Positions 1 to 7,501 of a stretch of 15,440 nucleotides of DNA are shown here, one piece after another (positions within the stretch are counted from its first letter, which is position 1; each line of letters begins with the position of its first letter). The translations under genes were made by a program, and so were the position numbers. This stretch comes from a bacterium (GTDB taxonomy: Bacteria > SZUA-182 > DTGQ01 > JAFGSM01): NCBI GenBank assembly GCA_049472355.1, contig JBLIRP010000088.1, forward strand, positions 1 through 15,440. The letters are read 5' to 3'. The notes beneath the pieces were generated by a model. It was not told the origin of the DNA. It searched no databases and saw nothing but the letters and a program-made list of their open reading frames with translations.

Positions 1-505
1 GTACGTCCTTGAAGGTATGGTACGCAGATGCACTGAAAAGACACATGTGGACCCTTTCGATCTGCGGATGATTCCTGAGGTAGTCTCCGATGGTCTCCAG
101 GGCGATTGTCGCCGCCTCTTCCATGGGATATCCGTATGCACCGGTGCTGATGGAGGGAAAGGAGATGGTTTTTATCCCGATGGATTCGGCAACATCCAGG
201 CTGTTTCGATAGCATCGGGCCAGCAGTTCGGGCTCCCCGTGACCCCCTCCCCGGTAGACAGGGCCGACCGTATGGATGACATATCGGGCGGGCAAACGAT
301 ACCCCTTGGTGATCTTTGCCTCTCCAACGGGGCATCCTCCCAGCCCCCTGCATTCTTCCTTGAGCTCGGGACCCGCTGCACGGTGTATGGCCCCGTCCAC
401 ACCCCCGCCCCCCAGAAGGGTTGTATTCGCCGCATTGACTATGGCATCGGTGTTTTGACGGGTGATATCCCCCTGCACCAACTCGATTCGTTCATATCCA
501 TTCAT
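1..505 (-). CDS. ymdB: Macrodomain protein, O-acetyl-ADP-ribose deacetylase / ADP-ribosylhydrolase (MacroD/YmdB-like); 3' end lies outside the window
   Basis: Manual minus-strand translation from ATG 505: [52 protein letters not shown]...[20 protein letters not shown]...[14 protein letters not shown]...AYHTFKDV. All canonical macrodomain motifs are present ([36 protein letters not shown]). GGAG lies 8 nt upstream. It is absent from the ORF track because there is no stop in the window. Confidence 0.95.
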   Translation of the reverse strand, partial: MNGYERIELVQGDITRQNTDAIVNAANTTLLGGGGVDGAIHRAAGPELKEECRGLGGCPVGEAKITKGYRLPARYVIHTVGPVYRGGGHGEPELLARCYRNSLDVAESIGIKTISFPSISTGAYGYPMEEAATIALETIGDYLRNHPQIERVHMCLFSASAYHTFKDV

Positions 506-553
506 GGCATCATCTCCATGCTGAATCATTCAAGACCGATAACTGCTCTTTTC

Positions 554-629
554 GTGCGGGGAAGGGGGAAGCAAACCTTGGCAGGAGGAGCGCAGCGGAG
601 CACTATGCTCCCCCTTCAGCGTCTCGCAC
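554..629. other. GC-rich imperfect inverted repeat / stem-loop in the macrodomain gene leader
   Basis: gaaggggga (561-569) is the exact reverse complement of tcccccttc (609-617). Outer arms gtgcggg (554-560) and ctcgcac (623-629) pair with one mismatch or wobble. A competing hairpin ggagca-cta-tgctcc spans 597-611. Confidence 0.5.
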
Positions 630-672
630 AATATACTATTCACTTAGCAACAACTGCGCCCCCTGAAGGTAC

Positions 673-702
673 ATTATAGGACATTAATCGGAGGCATATC
701 AA
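673..702 (-). promoter_or_regulatory. Putative sigma70 promoter for the macrodomain gene
   Basis: Minus strand: TTGATA (702-697), 18 nt spacer, TATAAT (678-673). A second candidate, TTCACA-18-TATAAT, lies at 753-724. Confidence 0.55.
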
Positions 703-932
703 TCAGCGTTATTGAATGATGCCATTATACACCCGCACGTGACCGAATGTGAAGCAAATCCAAGGGGCGCCGGGCATTTCATTCATTGCTTTTCTTTACC
801 CTAATCACAACCCACACAATTACTTCGAACGATATTGGCACCAACCACAATGAATTCCCCCTCTTCCGGATGCCTGCATCTTCGTACGGGCACCCCCTTG
901 CATGCACCTTACCTCCCATGCTCTTCATTTAA

Positions 933-961
933 TTGACTTTGTTTTCTCCGGCTGATATAGT
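933..961 (+). promoter_or_regulatory. Putative strong sigma70 promoter for the NHL/cytochrome cluster
   Basis: TTGACT (933-938), 17 nt spacer, TATAGT (956-961), with an extended -10 TG at 953-954 and AT-rich flanks, about 60 nt upstream of the first gene. Confidence 0.7.
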
Positions 962-1019
962 ACAACCAGTTTAAAAGGTTGATGTTTTTTACGGAGGACG
1001 CTCCATTCGAGATGTTTCA

Positions 1020-2045
1020 ATGGGTGTGAAGCACTATTTAATAATTTTCCTGGTCTTTTTCATCATGTTGTTGTCTCGCCAGGGAGAGACCGGCAAGGCT
1101 CCGTCTATTGTCTCCAACCATCCCCTTCTTCTGATACGGTATATTTACGGCATCAACACGGCTGGAAAAAGGGACACCCCTGAAAGCGGCGGCACTCCCG
1201 TATCCTTCGCGCAGAATTCAGCAGGGCGCCTCTATCTTCTCTATACGGGTAACCGATCGGAAATACAGGTCGTTGATCCCAACGGGGCGTTGCTGTTCCG
1301 TTTCGGCGAGCAGGGGGAGAAGGAATGGCAGTTCTCCAGTTACATATGTGGGATGGCCATCAACAGCAAGGGCGAGGTCCTGGTCGCGGATGTAAAAAGA
1401 CGCAGGATTCCCGTGTTCGACGAAAAGGGTAATTTCCGCAGGTCATTCTCTTCAATTCAGGGGCTTACCAGGCACGATCCGAAGCAGGATACCTCTCCCT
1501 CCCACATCGCAGTGGGACCAACCGACCGGGTGTACATTAGCGACGGGAGGAACGGACATGTGTGGATTCACGCACCCGGGGGGGAATTCCTGCGTTCCCT
1601 GGGAGGTCCGGAACCGGGACGATTCCCCTCTGCAGGACCCATATGTTTCGACAGCAGGGGAAGGATATACGTCCTGGAAGGCATTCCGAATCGCATCCAG
1701 GTATGCACCCCCGAAGGGAATCCCCTTAGGCAGATCGGTGAGACGGGGAGCAGGGCGGGTGAGTTTTTGAGGATCTCAGGGCTTGCCATTGACAGCAGGG
1801 ACCGGATCTATGCCACGGATATTGTCCAGTGCGTCGTGCAGATATTCGGGAGCGAGGGCGACCTGGTGGGGGTGGTCAAGGAGTATTCCACGCCGGAAGG
1901 TGAATCCAGAGGGTTCGTGTCACCCTCGGGGATTATGATAGGAAGGGATGATGTCATCTATGTAATCGAACAGCCCCTTCACCGGGTGGTGGTCTTGAAG
2001 CAGCCATCGGAGGATGACCGGGCGGTTGATCGGAAGGGAAACTGA
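1020..2045 (+). CDS. Exported or membrane-anchored NHL-repeat beta-propeller protein
   Basis: N-terminal hydrophobic segment (YLIIFLVFFIMLLS) followed by about 6 NHL-like repeats, e.g. GMAINSKGEVLVADVKRRRIPVFDEKG and GEFLRISGLAIDSRDRIYATDIVQCVVQIFG. Confidence 0.88.
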   Translation: MGVKHYLIIFLVFFIMLLSRQGETGKAPSIVSNHPLLLIRYIYGINTAGKRDTPESGGTPVSFAQNSAGRLYLLYTGNRSEIQVVDPNGALLFRFGEQGEKEWQFSSYICGMAINSKGEVLVADVKRRRIPVFDEKGNFRRSFSSIQGLTRHDPKQDTSPSHIAVGPTDRVYISDGRNGHVWIHAPGGEFLRSLGGPEPGRFPSAGPICFDSRGRIYVLEGIPNRIQVCTPEGNPLRQIGETGSRAGEFLRISGLAIDSRDRIYATDIVQCVVQIFGSEGDLVGVVKEYSTPEGESRGFVSPSGIMIGRDDVIYVIEQPLHRVVVLKQPSEDDRAVDRKGN

Positions 2046-2057
2046 GGCGTGGAACAG

Positions 2058-2155
2058 AAATTGCTTATTTTAATGATTGTTGTATCATGTCTGCATAACT
2101 TTCACAGGGGAACATTTCTATCATGTTGTATCCTTTAAACTTTATTCATATTTTG
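2058..2155 (+). promoter_or_regulatory. AT-rich intergenic segment, possible internal promoter/operator
   Basis: Sharp drop in GC content. TTGCTT (2061-2066), 16 nt spacer, TATCAT (2083-2088). Direct repeat TGTTGTATC at 2078-2086 and 2124-2132. Confidence 0.35.
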
Positions 2156-2197
2156 CCCAGACGGCGCGGCACCGAAAGGATTGCCTGCCGGTGCATC

Positions 2198-3175
2198 ATG
2201 GCCACACTTCTTTGCACTTTTCTTCTCATTTCTCTCCTCCTGCCTGCGGGGCGTTGCGCTGCACTGACGGACGAGGTGGTGAGCGGAAGAAAGGTACAAT
2301 TCATCACCACCATCTATCCCTACAGCTCGGAGAGGAGGGCAAGCCTCAAAGGTGAGGGAAAGGGGATCCCCAAGGGCATTGCCGTTGATCCCGAAGGGAA
2401 GCTCTTTGCCATCTTCCTGGACCAGATGAGGATCCAGGTCTTCAATCCTGAAGGACGATTCAGGTATGAATTCGGCGAGAAGGGCGAGGGTGAGGGGAGG
2501 TATCTGCTTCCCCTCGACATGGAGATCGCGGCCGACGGGAGGGTCCTCCTTCTCGATTCACGGCAGCAAAAGGTCCTGATCTATGACAACAAGGGAAGGT
2601 TTCTCAACGAATTCTCCATCGTTCAGGGGCTCTCCGACAAGGAGCAGACGGTGACCGCCACCAAGATGGGGCTCGATCGAAAAAAAGGGATCATCTGCAT
2701 CGCGGACAATGCCAATTCGGTGATCCGACGGTTTACCCTGGAGGGTAAGTACCTGGACAAATTCGGCGGGTTTGGCAGCGAGGAGGGGCATTTTTCCTTT
2801 CCCGGCCAGGTCGCCTTCGATGCGCAAGGAAACATCTACGTCCTGGACATGGCGAATACCAGGGTACAGGTGTTCGAAGCAAACAAAAAATTCAAGTTTT
2901 CCTTCGGTAATTTCGGTGATTCGTTGGGAGAATTCGCCAGGCCAAACGCCATTGTCATAGACAGCCGCGGGAGGGTGTACGTCCTGGATCGCCTTATTGC
3001 CGCCATTCAGGTCTTTGATCCGCAGGGAAACGTGCTGGGGGTCATCAAGGACCTGGACGAGGCTGATGCGCTGCGGAATTCGGCGCCCTTTGACATGGCG
3101 ATCGACGTTGAGGACCGGATCTACATCTCCGCGCAGGACTATCATTCAATAAAGGTCATCAAGGACATGGAGTAG
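2198..3175 (+). CDS. Exported NHL-repeat beta-propeller protein
   Basis: Clear NHL repeats (GHFSFPGQVAFDAQGNIYVLDMANTRVQVF; GEFARPNAIVIDSRGRVYVLD). The ORF track starts at 2123, but the in-frame ATG 2198 gives a compact signal peptide (MATLLCTFLLISLLLPAGRCAA) and excludes the AT-rich segment. Start position is uncertain. Confidence 0.88.
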   Translation: MATLLCTFLLISLLLPAGRCAALTDEVVSGRKVQFITTIYPYSSERRASLKGEGKGIPKGIAVDPEGKLFAIFLDQMRIQVFNPEGRFRYEFGEKGEGEGRYLLPLDMEIAADGRVLLLDSRQQKVLIYDNKGRFLNEFSIVQGLSDKEQTVTATKMGLDRKKGIICIADNANSVIRRFTLEGKYLDKFGGFGSEEGHFSFPGQVAFDAQGNIYVLDMANTRVQVFEANKKFKFSFGNFGDSLGEFARPNAIVIDSRGRVYVLDRLIAAIQVFDPQGNVLGVIKDLDEADALRNSAPFDMAIDVEDRIYISAQDYHSIKVIKDME

Positions 3176-3231
3176 CGTTGAGCGTTTAATCCATAATTTC
3201 GACAACGTGGTTAGGGGAGGTTCAGGTTGCA

Positions 3232-6200
3232 ATGGACATAAAAAGGTTAGGGCGGGGTTGTGTCATCGTGGGGGTGGTATGCCTTCTTTTCACACCGTAT
3301 GCAGGGGCTGCCATTACAGGGCCCCATAACATCACCAACAGCAAGGGTGTATGCGCCAATTGCCATGTGCCCCACAAGGCAAAGGGAAGTCGCATATGGG
3401 CCCGGGATCTCCTGAGCAGGTTCGACGGGGTCCGCCAGCTCTGCAATAGCTGCCATGACGGCACATTCTCCCAGGGGATCAATCCCGGGGCAGGAAATCC
3501 CACGGAGGTGGAATCCGGGATCACCACCGTGTTCGGCTCAAACCTCGAATCACATGTGATGCACGGGGCAGCGGTTATTACCACCGACGAATGGCTGGGA
3601 CCCTATAACGCCACCGCGTTTCCGCTGGATCCGAACGACAAGGACAGGGTGCCCGGCCACCCCACCGACTGGGACGAGGGAGGCGCGGGGTTTTACTGCG
3701 GAAGCTGTCATGACCCCCATGCCCAGCCCTCGGGAAACGATGACACCGGGGACTATCTGAGGACCATCACCGGAGACGTTGGAGTGCCGGGAAACCGTTC
3801 CCCCTTCTGCAAGGAATGTCATGACCCGGTCGCCACGAACAACTCCCACCTGACCAGCGGAAACTGCCAGGCATGCCACCATCCCCACCAGGGGTATAAA
3901 CGCGCCCAGGAGGGCATGGGTGCAAATGAGCTGATGATCGTGCGGCTCATATTCAGGGCCGAGGTGGCCGTTGCCACCCAATTCGTGGCCCTGCCCAATG
4001 TACCCAAAATCAACGATCCAACAGGGGACCCGATCTCCTCGGGGTTCTGCTACGGGTGCCACCAGGCCCGGCACATCATCGATCCTGCCGATCCCAATTA
4101 CACCTTCTGGCTGGAGGAGGGCGCGGCACCCATCTACGGAGACGAAATCAGCGGCGACCCTGTGCAGGATGCGGCAAACCGCCGGAACCACCACCCCATG
4201 GGCACGGAGGCGAAACTGGCCGGCACGGCCTTTCTGCGCGCGCCGGGTGCGGATGCCGCGCTCTATCTCAACCAGGCCAACGAGTTGACCTGCACCTCCT
4301 GCCACCAGGACCTCCACGGCGTCATAGAGGGCAAGGACTATGACCAGAGCAAGGCGAACAATTTCCTTCGCTGGGAATTTGCCAGCGACGATGCGGAGTT
4401 CTGCCTGCGGTGCCACAGTGACAAGAGGATGAGCAACGGTCACATCATCATTGACAAGAAGCACTTCTGGGATACGGACTCCCCCCTTTCACGCGAGGTA
4501 TACGACAAGGTTTCCACCGGGTTCACCAAGAGCGTTTCCTGTAAACAGTGCATGTTCTGCCACTTCGTCCACGACGGGGAAGAGCGCACGAACGAGGTGA
4601 TTTCTGGAAGCATCCGGGCGGATATCGACACCCTGATGCGGCAGGGTCCCAAAAACCTGGCGTGGGGCGACAGGATAAATGACACGGATATCTATGACTA
4701 CGAGGATATGTGCTACGGATGCCACGGCGAGACGAGCATCGTCCAAAGTCCGGACCTCGGCCTCGACGCCCTCCTCATGCCCGGATCGTATTTCACGCAC
4801 CGGTTTGCATCCGCTCCGGACCCCAATAACCCCACGGCGGAGAACATCACCCCAGGCGGGGTCTTCCCCCTCTCCGACGGTATCCTCACCGAGACACTTG
4901 ATGACTACGGCACCGTTTCCGGGAGCATCTATTGCGGGACCTGCCACAATGTGCATGCCCCCCATGAGCCGTCAAGCCCCTACCTGAATTCCGCGACCTC
5001 CCCGTACGCGGCAAACGGCTTTTGCGAGGAGTGCCACGATGACGACGCCGGGAATTTCGTGATGAAAAGCCATCCGGTCGCGAAGGGGCCCAACGACAAT
5101 CCCCTCGAGGGGAGCCCCACCCTATCGGCCTTTCCCTCGGTATTCACCACATGGAGCAGCAGCAACCCCGGCAGCGGCAAGGAGGGCGGGGTGGTAACCG
5201 ACAGCGGAGAGGTGATCTGCCTGACCTGTCACAATACCCATGCCGCGAAGACCAACTGGGACGGGACCGTGCCTACGGACACCACCCGCTTCTTCCATGG
5301 ACAGCTCCTGGTGATGGACAACTACGTGAGGGAGGACGCCCCTGCGGGGAGCGAGATGTGCAAGGCGTGCCACTCCTCCCTTGCCGGGGGAAACGAGTTA
5401 TTTCCTGAGCAAGAGCACGGTGTCTCCCGTGAAGGGAATGTCCTGGGTGATGGCAGGAAGCTGGGGGTCTGCAATGTCTGCCATTCCCCTCATAACAGCG
5501 TCGGCCCCAAGATCTGGTCAAGACCGGGATACGCAGCCGGCCCCTTCGCCGGATACCGGCAGCTCTGCTATACCTGCCACAACCCGCAGGGGATTGCCAG
5601 CGCAGGCAATACCAACGTCTTCAAGATAAGTCTCTCGTCTTATGACATACGAAAGGACCCGAACGACCCGGATCTGCCCATGGATCACGTCATGCACGCA
5701 GCAGCGGACATCGGCGCCCTCAACCCGGTCCCCGGGCTCACCATCCCCGTCGATCCCAATGATGCGGACACCTTCCCGCTGCTCGAACCCTATCGCACCG
5801 GCGGACAATTCTACTGCGGTTCCTGCCACAATCCCCATGCCCAGCCGCTTTTTGGGGGGTACTACCTCAGGAGCGTGGACGGGTATGCCGGGACCACTAA
5901 TGTCAGGATCAGCTTCTGCAACGATTGCCACCCGGACGCCCACGGCGGCATTGCCGGTGAATGCCTGAATTGCCATAGCGTGCACCTCGGCGCGGTCCTT
6001 CCCCGGATAAACGAAACGGAATCACGCTGGGTCCTCAAATACAGGATCGCACGCACCCTATTTGCTGCCATACCGAATGTCCCGCACCTGTCCGAGGACC
6101 CGAACAACCTGCAAAACACCGATTCACCCTTCTGCTACGGCTGCCATGGGCCCGGAGGCGCGGATGACTGGGAGGATGCCGGCGCGCACCCCATTTACGG

Positions 6201-7395
6201 AGACGATGCGCCGAACTTCACCGCGGCATCCCGCGAACACCACCCCATGGGAACCCAGGCCACGGCGGACAGCCTGAGGGCGCGCATACCCGCAGGGCAG
6301 AATTACTACAATGCGGCAGGAGAGCTCACCTGCAAGTCCTGCCATGACGACATCCACGGCCCCGGCCCCTTTGCCGGCAGCGCCCAGAATGCCCGTGACA
6401 ACTACTACCTGCGCTGGGAATTCAACAGCCCGCAGAAGAAGGACCAGGCCACCTTCTGCGTGGCATGCCATGACACCAAATCGGAATCGAACCTCACCGG
6501 CGAGCACCTCGTCACCCAGGCCACCTCGCCCAATGACCGGGGGGGATGCATGTTCTGCCATTTCATCCATGACGGCATCGAGCGGCAGTCCACCCTCACC
6601 CTTCTGCCCGACCAGGGAATCAGGGCAGATGTGGATGCCTTGATGCGCGAGCCCGCCATCGCCCTCGTCTGGAAGGTCGGCGACCTGTGCGCCGTTGACA
6701 GGTGCGATGACACCGATGCCTATGACTATGAAGACATGTGCTACGGATGCCATGGGAACCAGGACATTGTGGATGGCTCCGGGAGCAGCGGCGGTCTGCT
6801 CCAACCGACTGCGTATTTCACCCACCGATATGATGTTCCGCCCGATCCGAACAGCCCGACCAGCGCGAACATCAAGGCGGGCGCGGTATATCCGCTCTCG
6901 GACGGCGCAGGGCAGATGACCCTGAACGACTATGGAACGCAGGAGGGCAATATCTTCTGCGGAAGCTGCCACAATGTCCACGATGGAACGGTCCAGCCGT
7001 ACCTCAATCACGCGGAAGATGATGAAAACCTGGAGGTTGACAACGGATTCTGCGAGGCATGCCACGACGAAGGGACCGGCGACGGTGCATTCGTTGCGAT
7101 GAGCCATCCCGTCGATGTCGTTCCCAACCCGCCCGCCACGAGCGCCACATGGCTCCCTGTCTATTATGACGGAGGGAGCGGGGCGCCGGGCGGCATCACC
7201 GGAGAAACGGCGAACGACGTGGGCACGGTCGTATGCCTCACCTGTCACAATGTCCATGCGTGCGCCACCTCGTTCGACGGGCATGTCGAAGGGGAAAGCG
7301 ATACCGATGAGGGGCATCATGGCATGTTACTTGTAAAGGATAATACATCGACCACCATGGGGAGCGACATGTGCAGGGATTGCCATCCCTTTTAG
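3232..7395 (+). CDS. Giant multiheme cytochrome c, 28 CxxCH motifs (2 x 14-heme supermodule; doubled-CxxCH / OmcE-like units)
   Basis: 28 CxxCH motifs counted by hand, from CANCH to CRDCH. Sec-type signal peptide ending AGA. GGGGAGG RBS at 3214-3220. No transmembrane anchor seen. Ends CRDCHPF*. Confidence 0.95.
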   Translation: MDIKRLGRGCVIVGVVCLLFTPYAGAAITGPHNITNSKGVCANCHVPHKAKGSRIWARDLLSRFDGVRQLCNSCHDGTFSQGINPGAGNPTEVESGITTVFGSNLESHVMHGAAVITTDEWLGPYNATAFPLDPNDKDRVPGHPTDWDEGGAGFYCGSCHDPHAQPSGNDDTGDYLRTITGDVGVPGNRSPFCKECHDPVATNNSHLTSGNCQACHHPHQGYKRAQEGMGANELMIVRLIFRAEVAVATQFVALPNVPKINDPTGDPISSGFCYGCHQARHIIDPADPNYTFWLEEGAAPIYGDEISGDPVQDAANRRNHHPMGTEAKLAGTAFLRAPGADAALYLNQANELTCTSCHQDLHGVIEGKDYDQSKANNFLRWEFASDDAEFCLRCHSDKRMSNGHIIIDKKHFWDTDSPLSREVYDKVSTGFTKSVSCKQCMFCHFVHDGEERTNEVISGSIRADIDTLMRQGPKNLAWGDRINDTDIYDYEDMCYGCHGETSIVQSPDLGLDALLMPGSYFTHRFASAPDPNNPTAENITPGGVFPLSDGILTETLDDYGTVSGSIYCGTCHNVHAPHEPSSPYLNSATSPYAANGFCEECHDDDAGNFVMKSHPVAKGPNDNPLEGSPTLSAFPSVFTTWSSSNPGSGKEGGVVTDSGEVICLTCHNTHAAKTNWDGTVPTDTTRFFHGQLLVMDNYVREDAPAGSEMCKACHSSLAGGNELFPEQEHGVSREGNVLGDGRKLGVCNVCHSPHNSVGPKIWSRPGYAAGPFAGYRQLCYTCHNPQGIASAGNTNVFKISLSSYDIRKDPNDPDLPMDHVMHAAADIGALNPVPGLTIPVDPNDADTFPLLEPYRTGGQFYCGSCHNPHAQPLFGGYYLRSVDGYAGTTNVRISFCNDCHPDAHGGIAGECLNCHSVHLGAVLPRINETESRWVLKYRIARTLFAAIPNVPHLSEDPNNLQNTDSPFCYGCHGPGGADDWEDAGAHPIYGDDAPNFTAASREHHPMGTQATADSLRARIPAGQNYYNAAGELTCKSCHDDIHGPGPFAGSAQNARDNYYLRWEFNSPQKKDQATFCVACHDTKSESNLTGEHLVTQATSPNDRGGCMFCHFIHDGIERQSTLTLLPDQGIRADVDALMREPAIALVWKVGDLCAVDRCDDTDAYDYEDMCYGCHGNQDIVDGSGSSGGLLQPTAYFTHRYDVPPDPNSPTSANIKAGAVYPLSDGAGQMTLNDYGTQEGNIFCGSCHNVHDGTVQPYLNHAEDDENLEVDNGFCEACHDEGTGDGAFVAMSHPVDVVPNPPATSATWLPVYYDGGSGAPGGITGETANDVGTVVCLTCHNVHACATSFDGHVEGESDTDEGHHGMLLVKDNTSTTMGSDMCRDCHPF
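3313..5373 (+). repeat. 14-heme supermodule A (cytochrome 1, N-terminal half)
   Basis: Collinear with module B motif by motif: IWAR/IWSR, RQLCxxCH, HVMH, FYCGSCHxPHAQP, PNVP, HHPMGT, LTCxSCH, LRWEF, CMFCHFxHDG, IRADxDxLMR, DYEDMCYGCH, YFTHR, PLSDG, SHPV, CLTCHNxHA, LLVxDN, GSxMCxxCH. Confidence 0.9.
5407..7392 (+). repeat. 14-heme supermodule B (cytochrome 1, C-terminal half)
   Basis: Hemes 15-28 follow the same motif order as hemes 1-14. Confidence 0.9.
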
Positions 7396-7428
7396 TGGTA
7401 CGTTACAACAGTTGAAAACGACGTCAAC

Positions 7429-7467
7429 ACAGGAGGCACAAGTACGCAGGGTATTTGTGCCTCCTGT
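7429..7467 (+). terminator. Strong stem-loop after the 28-heme gene (leaky terminator or mRNA-stabilising hairpin)
   Basis: acaggaggcacaagtac / gcagg loop / gtatttgtgcctcctgt: a 17-bp stem with one G-U pair. It is followed by tgtgt, which is only a weak U-tract. Confidence 0.65.
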
Positions 7468-7501
7468 TGTGTAGGCCGGAGGGAAGGGGGTCGTAAAAAT
7501 T

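Noticed and set aside
1..505. Macrodomain as part of a toxin-antitoxin or defence system, or of the cytochrome system
   Set aside because: It is an ordinary stand-alone YmdB-type sequence transcribed divergently, with no ADP-ribosyltransferase partner visible in the window.
17..679. 220-aa plus-strand ORF in the track
   Set aside because: It is the antisense shadow of the macrodomain gene, which has all the family motifs on the minus strand.
680..1019. Possible GEMM (c-di-GMP / c-AMP-GMP) riboswitch ahead of the cytochrome cluster, as occurs upstream of some Geobacter cytochrome genes
   Set aside because: No GCAAACC...GAAA...GGGACGCAAAGC-type consensus was seen, and the predicted leader is only about 50 nt.
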